Source: Octopus bimaculoides (taxonomy: Eukaryota). Taken from it: 64,000 nucleotides of DNA. The notes under the pieces were generated by a model. The model searched no databases and was not told the origin of the DNA. It saw only the letters and a list, made by a program, of their open reading frames with translations. The position numbers and the translations under genes were made by a program. The stretch spans positions 29,200,234 to 29,264,233 of the forward strand of contig NC_068982.1 of the NCBI RefSeq assembly GCF_001194135.2, written 5' to 3'. Shown in pieces: positions 12,600 to 24,500 of this stretch (the stretch's first letter is position 1; the number at the start of each line of letters is the position of its first letter).

Positions 12600-15500
12600 T
12601 CAAATGATCCACAGCATGGTGGTTGAGGACCTCTGCCCTAAAGTTTTAATTGAAATACAATAAATTTTGTACTGGAGAAGTCATCCTCAAAAGAAAGGTG
12701 TATCTGAAGAATTTCTAAGAGAATGATGTACTTATTTATGATTCCTAACAATTGATCAGGAATACTGGTTTCAAATTTTAGCACAAGGCCAGCAATTTTG
12801 AGAGAGAGCACAAGTTGATTACATCGATCCCAGACCTGAACTGGTACTTATTTCATCAACCCTGAAAGGACGGAAAGCAAAAACAACTTAGGCAGAATAC
12901 GAACTCAGAAAGTAAAGATGGACAAAATTCTGCTAAGCATTTTGCCTGGCATGCCAACAATTCTGCAAACTTGCCACCTTAATTGTTTAGGAATATTATT
13001 ATAAAACAGGCATCATAATTTACAGCTTTTTCCTAATAAAAAAAAATTATCATTTATATCCCAGAAATAATATAGTTTGCTATAAGAACTTACATAACAT
13101 GTGGATACTTACTGTGAAATTGCTTCTAAGTTTCCACAGCAGTCTGGATTTCGATATACTTTTCTTAGTGCTTCAAGGACAGTATAACCTGTAGTGAACA
13201 CTTTATATGTGAGTAGAAATGTGTTGAGAAAATCAATACTAAGAAATCGCAGATCTGTTAATCGATCAAGAAGGCGGTCAACGGTGGCATGTCGAATCTG
13301 AAATCAGAAACAAAAAAAATAAACCCTACAGACTTCCTTGGAATTCCTATTTTTAACTTAAATAACAATAAATCATTTTCTATACATCATCACAAGTATT
13401 TATAAAAATATTTTTGATTATATTTGTTAAAGTCTCAAATAATTTTGACCAAAAACAATGGCACGCAATACATTATCATATGAAAACTGAAATGATTTTT
13501 AGAGTTAAAATGATTAATGCAAAACTGACTAAGATAGATATGCTAGTATCTTTAAAAGATTACCAATAATTGATAAATTAATTTTTAAAATGTGTTACTC
13601 AGTTGGTTATGATTACGAGGGTTCCAGTTGATTCAATCAATGGAACAGCCTACTAGTGAAATTAATGTGAAAGTGGATGAGCACTCCACAGACATACCTT
13701 TAACATAGTTATCAGGGACATTTCACATGGTACAGAGTGTGAAAAGGTTGGCCCTTTGAAATATGGGTACTACTCATTTTAGCCAGCCAAGTGGACTGGT
13801 GCAATGTGAAATAAAGCATCTTGCTCAAGGATACAATGCTTTGCTAAAGATATCAGGCTGAATAAAAAGTAAGTAAGTAACGTTTTGAAACATGAAATTC
13901 ATCTCAATATATTTCAACAATGCAGAAATTTCATTCCTCAAAGTAAGTACTATTACAATCAACACATTTTTGCCAACAAGTTACAAGTTTGCTTATTCCA
14001 GTAACATAAAAATCTGGAGTTCTGGAACTGATGAACCCTTTGAATGCACTTTCAGCATCGGTTTGATTTTTGAACTCCTCTCACAGGAAACCATCAAGGT
14101 GCTTGAAAAAGTGGTAGTCGGTAGGAGAAAGATCTGGCAAATAAGCTGGGTGGGGAGGACTTTGGAGCCCAATTCCTTCAACTTCTGAAGTGTCATTAGT
14201 GAAATGTGTGGCTGACCATTGTCATGGAGACTGATTGGCCCTCTTCTGTTGACCAGTCTGGGATGGAAGAGTAGCAGTTTCCATTCATTTTGGCAATTTC
14301 ATGGCAATATCTTTCTGCAGTAATGGTTTTTCCAGGTTTTAAGAAGTTATAGTAGATAAGTCCAGCAGTACACCACCAAACAGTCACCATAACCTTCTTT
14401 TTGAAGAGTTTGGGTTTAGGGAAGGTTTTCAGTGCTTCATTTTGGTCCAACCACTGCGAATAACATTTTTTATTATTGTACAGAATCCATTTTTCATCGC
14501 AAGTTAAAATATGGTCGAGAAATGGATCGGTCTGGTTACAGAGAAGAAACAACAAACAAATTTCTTATCTGTGCATTTTCTGATTTTCATTCAAATCGTG
14601 TGGTACTCATTTGTAAAGCTTTTTTGATTTTCTGATTGTATGCAAATGATTGCAGGCAGTTTTCTGGCTAACTTGAAGTTCTTTTGCCAGTTCTCAAATG
14701 GTTTTAAGTGGATCTTTCTCAATGATGGTCTTTAATTGACTGTCATTGATGACAGATGGGCATCCACTACACTCATGATCTTCAAGGCTCAGGTTTCCAC
14801 TATATGAAATTGTTTAAACAATTTTTAAGCTGACCACTCACTAGTCATTTCCTCACCAAATGTTTCGTTGATATTGTGAGCAGTTTCAGCTGCTTTATGT
14901 CCTTTTTTGAAGTTGAATAGCAAAATTGCTCGAATATTGCGCTTTGACAGTTCCATTTCAGATGATTGTAACAACAGTGAAAAAAATATCAATGTTAATT
15001 TATTGATGCATTTGGGCAAGTACCATCAGACAATTGCAAAAAAATGCTTTACAAAAAATTCAAAACTCTGCAAAACTCTGGTACAAATTCTTCATAGTTC
15101 AAAACATTGCTTACTTTTTACTCGACCTAATAACAACATTAGAACTACACCAGGCTCCAATCTGATTTGGCAGAGTTTCTACGGCTGGATGCCCTTCCTA
15201 ACGCCAACCACTCAGAGAGTGTAGTGGGTGCTTTTTACGTGCCACCAGCATGAAGACCAGTCAGGCGGTACTGGCAACGGCCACGCTCAAAATGGTGTAT
15301 TTTATGTGCCACCCGTACAAGAGCCAGTCCAGGGGCACTGGCAACGATCTCGTTCGTAAGTCCTTACACATGCCGCGGGCACAAGTGCCAGAAAGGCGAC
15401 GCTGGGCACAGGGTCCATCACAATTTCGCTTGCCCCAATAAGTCTTCGCAAGCTGAGTTTCGTGTCCAATGAGGGAGGCGACGTTGGCATGGGTGCCAGA

Positions 15501-18500
15501 CGTCAAATTTAACTCAATACTTTCTTAAAAAATTATTTTTAAAAAAGTGCTTAAATGTGACTGTTACCACAGATTTATACCATTAAAATACTTATTTTAC
15601 CTGAGGGACTCTGCAAGAATTAAGGGTTCTGCTAAATTTTATATCCACATCATCACGAAAAAGCTTTGGATCAGACCTGTGGAGAGAAAAGTAACAAAAT
15701 AGTTTTTCCTTTTGTATTCATTATAAAAATACCTTTTAAAAGTTCAAATATATATTTTTTATTTCAATGTATTAAATATTTACAAATTTATTAATCATTA
15801 ATATGTTGTTAAATAGTAATCATGTTAATTAGTGTGATTTTCATAACTTGGAATAGTAAAGATCTGTTAAGCTTCAATATAACATTTAATGAAGACGATA
15901 ACAAAATTTGTAAAGCAATATTTCATACTTTTAATACTGATTATCATTATTATCATTATTTTTAATGTATTTGATATTGAAACTGTTTAGCTGACTAATT
16001 TTCTATCAGCCTATTTATATATTTCATTTCCTATTACTTATTTTCACCTAAGATCTGGTTCAAAGTTCAAATCACAGATTGAACTTACAAAAGTAAAGCC
16101 TGTAATTGCACAATTTATTCATCTACTAGTAAAAATTAATTGATAGAATTATGTATACTTATTGAAATTTCAATATTAGAATCTTAATCTACTTGGGATG
16201 ATCCATATAATGCTTGTTTCTTAAGTTTTCACAAAAATTAAAAGGAACCAAAAGTTAATTAACATTTGTAAAAGATTTGCTGATGGATTAGCAGCATGTT
16301 AATATATAAGTTACTTCTTTAATTTCCTTAAAATTTCAGCCTATTGTATACCTCACTATAGTTTACATAAACCTATTCCAATAATTATGTACTATAGAGA
16401 AAATTTGTTTTGCTTATTGAGTTTCAGTTATGCCTTATAAATGTCATACTCTTCAATTTCAAATTTGGAACATCAGCTCTACAGATTACTTTTTTATTTC
16501 ATTTTCTTTTTAATGGCATAGTCAAAGGAGGAAATGCAGCACCCATGAGTTTTTTCAGGATCTCTAAAACTAGTGAGGGGAAAGGAGAAAAATATCAGGA
16601 GGCCCAAAGACTGCAACAGAGTGGACTCCTCTAAAAGCAGTCATGAGTCAGGAAGGGATGTTAAACCAGGGTATGTATTAATCTATTAATATTACATCAG
16701 AATTGAATGGGATGTAGTGCTTGAATTATAGGTATCCCTTTTATATCTTAAATCATTTATAGGTGGTAAAGATTTTTCAAAATTTTCTGAACTAAAAGAT
16801 TTCCACATTAATTTTTCCAAGAACTGAAGCTGTAATAACCTAGTTTTATTCTCAAGACATCTTGTAAAATTTTATAGCCAAGCATTGTTTCAGTGGTTTT
16901 GTTTCTACTATATCCCCTACTTTCAAGAAACTTAGCTGATGATTTCCTTAAGACGTTTACCTTATAGGGACCCTTTCCTAGTGTTCAATTTCAAATTTAG
17001 TAAGGATAGTTTTTTTTACCTGAAGTCTTATACAAGATACATATGCTATATGCAGTTAGGAGCAATGATGTGAGAAGCAACATTTATTTTTCAATCTCAC
17101 AGAATTGTTAGTGTAATATACTAGAATATTCTATCATGGATAACCTTTTCTAAAGCCCTCCTTTATAATTATAAAGTTTAGCTTTTATAAGCAACCTGTA
17201 AAATAAAAAAAAAAAAATAAACAGCTGTAAACAACTCATCTTAAGTACTTAACAGCGTTTTTAAAATGTTTTTTTTTTTTGACATAGCAAACTATGTAAA
17301 AATAATGAACACAAATGCTTACAGCTAAAGAATTTAGATTTATTGGAATTACTCCTAAAATATGTAAATACCTCTTCAACAGTGGTTTAATTTTTCATAT
17401 TTAGGAAAGTAAAAGAAAAAATTAAAAACCCCACAGATTTAGCATTGAAAAATGAAAAATTCAGAATAGGGAATATTAAACCAACAATTAGTTATCCAAT
17501 CACATCATCAGTGGTTAAAAATTTGAGACCAAATTTCAGCTAGAGAAGCTGAAGTAAAACACCATTCATTTAAGGATATTCAAAGGAGGGAATTCATCCA
17601 GATTCTGGAAGTCAAGATATTTCCAGTTCTTGCACTCAGTTATTATGAATATTCTTTCAAATTATCACATATTTAAAGATTAACTTGATTAAATGATATC
17701 TGCCCTGCTAAAATAGATACACATTAATGTTGTCTCAAATTAAGACTAATTATCATCGTTATATGCTATAAGTATATTTGACTATACTCATTATCAAATA
17801 TACTCCTAGCATATATCTCGTATTCCAGTAATAAGCTTCAAAACATCCAGAAATTGAGTAGTTTGAAGTTAACAAAGCTGTCCTTCTTCATGGCAGATGT
17901 AAAGAAGATTCTTCTCTTTGGAGATAAACCTGGAACTCAAAGTAGGACCATCGAGTCTCCATGGTACTATATTAGGCTTTCAATGAGGGCTTGTGATATG
18001 AGTATAAGACCAAGAAGATTTATAGACACATTTCATTTTTCTTACTCCATGCAGGGTAAACACTATTGACTACTGCTACTGTGCTGAAAACCAGGCCATA
18101 CCAGATGTTATATTTTGGAAACTTTTGCACCCTCTATTAGCAAAGACATACAACATGAAATTTAGGGCATACCAAAGCTAAATGGGACAGAAATTTTCAT
18201 TGTGCGGGGAAGCACATCTTGTTTATGGTCACTCAAAAGAAGATATTTTACTACAGGGATGTGTCATTTTAATATTTACTAATAGCTATATTAAATTTAT
18301 TTTTATATTTGTATTTTATGAAATTTTAAATTTGGTATTTTTTTTTTTATAAAATTACATTTTAATAGAAAATGTACTTCCATTATACAATTTCTTACAG
18401 TCAAATTTAATATGTGTTAAAGAAAAGTTATGCCTGTTATGTGCTCCATTTATTAGAAATAGATTCTAATGTATGTTAAAAAAGAAATTCATGTTCAGTT

Positions 18501-21500
18501 CTTCCAGCAAAAGCAAAAAGATAAGGGGCTGATAAACTAGAACCATCTCTAGTTCTAAAGACAACAGGAAAAGAAATGTATGCAGCACATACAAACACTT
18601 GCGTGTGATTTGTAAAATGAATGACAGTTTGAAATTAATATAAATTCTTCCTTAAATATGAAAGCTTAATCATATATTAAAGAATATTTCTTGTATGAAA
18701 AAAGCTTCTTCTTCATGGATGTAGAAGAAGCAAATATCCGACAATTACAACTTCTATCACTGCTTTTAATAAACATATGGAAATATAAATAATTCAATAG
18801 AAAAGTAGAAATTATATTAATAAAGTGATTTTTGATGCCATATAAAGAAAACCTCTCTATGAATAAGTGAATATGACAATTGTTATTATAAGAAAACAGA
18901 ATATTATTTTGGCTTCAACATACCTTAATGTACCTGTATACATACTCCCACATAAACACAAGCATGTGTTTTCATGTGTGTGTATGCAAATAATATTTAA
19001 ATACTTTTGAAAATGTTGTTCTAACTGAATCTTGAATAATTTCATGCTTTAAATAACAAATCTTAAAAATTGATATTTACTTGCAAATTTGGGCAGAGTA
19101 TTTATGAGAATATAAGAACAAGTGTTTTCTATCTTAATCGTTTTATAATCTGGACATTTAGGCTTTTAGTAACCTATGTGCTAAAGTACATTGCAATGTT
19201 TTTTTCAGAAATGTTTTTTTATTATTATTTGTTTTTTAGAAATCAGAGACTGCATATTTGTTGACTAAAATGCAGAGGCTTGTAAGATATTAATCTCTTA
19301 AATCATAGCTAATAGTTTTGATTCTTACAAAAAGCACTGCAGTGCATTTTTAGGCCAGGCAAGTATCACTGTCTGCTTCAATTCATTAATGGAAGATATG
19401 CACTCATTTCATTTACAAAAGAAAACTGGTTGACATTTGGGAAAATGTATTTCAATAACAAAACATTTTTATTCTTTACTATGAACATAAAATTTAATGA
19501 ATATTGAAAAATAAGTAACAGTGCTGTTAAGTATTAAGTCCTGATTAAAATATTCCAGTTTTCTTAGATGCTTGTGATTTCAAAATCATAAACGAAACTT
19601 TTGAGTCACACAAGACAAAGTGGATATTCTCAGAGATCTTATGGTTTAATTAAGTATCTGATTATCAGAAAAATGTTTCTTGTCATAATAACAAATGAAC
19701 TGTAATTTGGTTTGCTGTAATTTTTAGAAAATAGTTGATTCATAAAAGGATGACAAAATTTAAGAAACTTAACAAAATATACTTGAAATTTCAGGACTAG
19801 CACATATTAAAATATTTGCACATATTATTTATGTAGTTATAAAGGTTTTTAATTTCAATTCATTATTTCAAGCTACAAGATTCAAGATTGGAACAAAATT
19901 TTTAACTTTTAACCACAAAATGTACCGCCAAAGACATGCAAGCATAATTCTTAACAAATAATAGAAAAAATTATATAAAAAATTGAAAGTGAGAAATAAA
20001 AGTTGAAAACCTTTTTCTAATATTTAGGAAAATTATGTAACCAAAGCCATTATCCTTAATAAAATTTTGAAAAAGAGAAAAAAAAAAGAGCTGAAGATGT
20101 ATTAGAGAAAGATAGAATACTTGAAATTTCCTTGAATTACCATTTATGTAAAGATGTATAGATACCCTGACCACACAAAGAAAAAATGAATAAAAAAATG
20201 AATTTTTATAGAGGTTGTATTAAGAAGAAGAATTAGAATGTATTAGGTTTTAAAAGATATTTGACTTTACTGAAGCTTTTGCCTGAAAACAGGGCGGCTA
20301 TAAGTTCGTTTCTTCCATATATGTCTGGATTGAAAAAAGAAATAAGGCTTTACTAACCAGATTTTAAAAATAAAGGATAAAATACCAAATATACTACTCT
20401 CTCTCTTTCTCTCTGGTTTTGTGTCTCACTTTCAGTTCTAATAGCTTTTTATTTTCCCTTTTAAACAGCTGCTGCTTGTTACATCCTTATATATTTCTCA
20501 CAAGTTACTGTACACAATAGACTGCTCATTGTGATGAAATCACTGTGTACTGACTCTACCAATAGGCATAACAGAATAGGAAGATGACTTAAATTATAAA
20601 TATCAATGAGATGGTGGACTCTAAATTTCTAAAAAAACATACATGATAAAGATCTTTCCAGTAGTCAGGTGGTACTTATTCTGAAGTAAAAAATGGTTTT
20701 CTGCAACATAGGCTGCCAACAATGAACTTCTACATTAGCTGATATTTAACTGCTCCTTGTAAATTGCCATTGTAAACCACATTTCACAGAGGAATTTCCA
20801 AGAGGTTGAGATACAAGTTTACAAAGGGCTACTTTGAAAAGGAAAGTGAAAATAAATTCATTCATTAATTAGGCCTGAACAAATATTACTAATTAATCAG
20901 CTGTGGATAGTCATTGATAGATCAGTTGTGTTTACTTGATAAATCAGCTGTTGTGTTTAATTGGTAGATCAATTGTTGAATGCTCCATGTTGATCTGTGA
21001 GTTACCATGCTATTGCACTCACTTCTAATATCTCCAAGATGATGGAGGCAACCATTAACAACATTCTCCTCCAACAATTTGAATCTCCCTCTCTTTCCTT
21101 AATGATCACCAGTACAGCTCTCATAGAATAAATTCTGTTGGGGAATTAACTTTCCTATATCATTCAGTTGTAGGTTATAAACCTTAAGAAATTTGGTAAA
21201 TGCAGTGTCATTAACACCAGTAAAGCCTTCGACTATGTCAGGTGCATGAATTTCTTATCCAAATTGCTTGTCTACAGGATCCTCCCATCTCTTGGACCTG
21301 TAGCTTCCAATCAGATCACACAACTACTGCATGGGGTGATAGAGCTCTTTCATACCCATAATATATCAACTCTGGTGTATACCAGGGTGCAATTTTGTCC
21401 CCCACACTTTTCTCTCTATACATCAAGAACCTACTTGCCTCACCACCAACAACATTCACTCTTCTATAGATGATACCTTGCTACAATCTTCCCTAACCTT

Positions 21501-24500
21501 CCACACCTAAGCGTAGTCTATAAAGCTCAGACTAAATCAACAATGGAGTATTGCTCCTACATTTGGGACTACTCACACATTCACACACAAGTACATCCAT
21601 CCCACCATGAAGAAGGCCGCTCAACTGATTAGCATGAAACCTTTGACCATCACACACTAATTTCCTGCCTACACAAACGCTGTCTCACCTCTCAGCTTTC
21701 TGCATAATGGAGCCAAGTGGTGTCGTACCACCTCTTCCCAGGCATTCTGGACTCATTCATTTATTTTCCTCTCTTTTGTAAACTATCTCACATTCACACT
21801 AACCACTGGGTATAGTTTTTTTATCCAGTACAAAACATCGACTTTTTGGAATTCCCTCACCTGCAGATGTTTTCCTTGCCAATCAGTTATATTTACTACA
21901 TTGAAGAATTGTTGTATTTAACTGATATATACCAGATGTATGTCCTTAACATATCAATAGCAGTATATCCTTGATATATATGAATTGTTGTATTTACTTC
22001 ACTGATTAACTGCTGCATTGACTTGATAGATCATGTGTATTTATTTAAAGACTCACAGATACAATATTACTATCTTAATTTGTGGATGTGAAAGAGTTCT
22101 GTTATCACATGCTGCAGTAGTGTGATCTGGTTGAAAGCCACAGATCCTAGAGATGAGAGACAGATGGTTCCCCTAGGCAAGCAATTCAGACAATAAACTC
22201 ATGTTTATTGAAGGTTTCGCTGATGTCATGAGTAAAAACGCTGCATTCATCAATCATAATATATTGCAAACTGTCCAACACAGAGAAGAGAAATACATGT
22301 GTCTTTCTCAAACTGATTTCTATAACATAACTTCATTTCAATATATCAATAAGATTATGTAACTAGTTAAAAGGAGATTAAAGGAAACATTTCTAGATCA
22401 TTATGTAGATGTTGGCTACAATAGATTGCAGTGATTTTGTAGTAAAATAAATCATATCAAATCTAAGAAAGGTATTTGGGATGTGCGATAAATGTGATAA
22501 TGAAAATGATTAAGAATTGATCTGTAAAGTCTGGTAATTTGGACCAGAAGTATCAAATCTCTAATATATAAAAGTAAAGATGCTATCAGTCCAATAACCT
22601 AAGCCAAGCCTTCCATCAATATTATCAGCATACGGATAAAATATTAGACCAATATTTTTGTCCATTTTATGCTTGGTATACAAACTTGCATAACTTTTAT
22701 ACTAACATTTTATTTTTGTATGTATTATCTTTCTCATGCTACAATATACATTTTAGTTGCTTATGGTTAGAACTAACAAAATCTTGAAAATTTTCAGTTA
22801 GCTACTATACAAAATTAGTCAATAGTTTTTTGTAAAAAAAAGTTCAAAGATTTTGAATTAGAATAAGAAATTTTGTATTCTCTGTTTTCTCAACATTTGT
22901 TTCCTTTAACTTCATTATTTCTTGGCTAATTTATAGTAATATCATTTGTGCCGCAAATGGCTGTTTGGAAAGTGAAACTATTCAAAACCTATTAAATTTT
23001 TAAATCATTAGGTTGGTACCAACATCCCACCCATTCTGATTTCCTTATCCTTAAAGAATTGTGTGCAATACTATTAAGATTATTTAAATGTAAAAATACA
23101 TTTTCTTTTTATTAATAAACTGTAAAGTAACATTTATTGCGCTTATCATAAGGAAATACTAGCTATTCCAGTTATTACCTACGAATATAACTCTTATTTA
23201 GTGTATTGGGTTTTAAAGTATTTTACTTTCAGTCATAAGAATTTTCAGTACAATAAAGCATTATGAAAAATGAACAATTCCCTGATCATTTTACTTTTGC
23301 CGTCAACTTGTCTTAAATTATACTTACAGCAATTTATATTCTCTAAATGCATTTGTTTAAACAATCGTTATTATATTACAATTTTATAGGCTATCTGATT
23401 TTCATATTTATATTTTGTGATACTATGATCAAAAATCAATCTAACTGATTTAAACTCTGAAACAAGAAAACCACTTGAAGTTTTAATTAGAAAATTCAAA
23501 ATAATAATAATAATAATAATATAAACATGCATAAATATTTAAGACTATCAAATGTTTTTTTTTTTTTAATATAATGCATTAAAAACATCAAGATCTTCCA
23601 AGTTATTTTAGCATCACAAAGCTGCACACTTTACATATTATGGGTGATTGATGGAAGCCCAAACTATATTGTCATGCTCTAACAGCATAAGAAAACTTGC
23701 TACCAGAATATAATGAATAAAAATCTACAAATTGTAAATGAGAGATATAAAACTGCTTGAATTTAACTTAAAAATGATAAATCACTACAGAAAAGTGCCC
23801 GCATACCATCAGAGTGCACGCACTCAGACACAAAAAGAAAGATGAAAATTATAAGTAAAGCTATAAAAATAATATATTATAATTGAAAAATAAATTAAAT
23901 AATTTGTAAAGGGAAGCACCATCAAGAGAAAATTTCAATTTTAAACCTAGCACGTTTATTAGATTCATACTCTCTAAACAAAATGAGTGCAAAGGAATCA
24001 GATTTCAAAAGAGAGCAAATTTGAATAAAAGAAATAAATAAATAAACCTTCTAAAAAGTCAAATGATGATAAAATTGACAAGCAAACTTGGAAAATAAGT
24101 AAACTGAACTAAAGAAAAAGGTATCAAATTCCATGAATTCTTAAAGTGCCATTTAATATTACGGTGCTTCCTAGTTTCAAAAATTTTGGGTGAATAAAAA
24201 AAAAAATGTCAGCCAAAGGAACTTTCATGCTACTTCTGAATAAATACTCATCTTGACTCATTAGGTTGAAGACACTTTATCGACAGTGCAGTCACTTTAT
24301 CAACCAGATTTGGAAGAACAGGATTTTGTAGTTGCTGTTGTTGGTATTGTTGTTGTTGTTGGTAGTGCTGGTAATTTTTATTATATTATGTTTTCACTTC
24401 TGTTGCAGTCTTCTTTTCAGTGACTTAATACCTTGCTTTTGTTTCTGGCATCGGGCAGGGATTTTAGTTTTGATTTCTCTTTCACTACTTTTCTGCAAAT

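Noticed and set aside
13931-14956. SETMAR-like capture of the mariner transposase by RasGRF (same strand, about 470 bp after the exon E donor)
   Set aside because: The transposase has several frameshifts and stops, so a fusion would terminate within about 45 codons.
17854-18250. Coding-like composition island on the plus strand
   Set aside because: All frames are interrupted and no motif was recognised; it could be an old retrocopy but cannot be supported.
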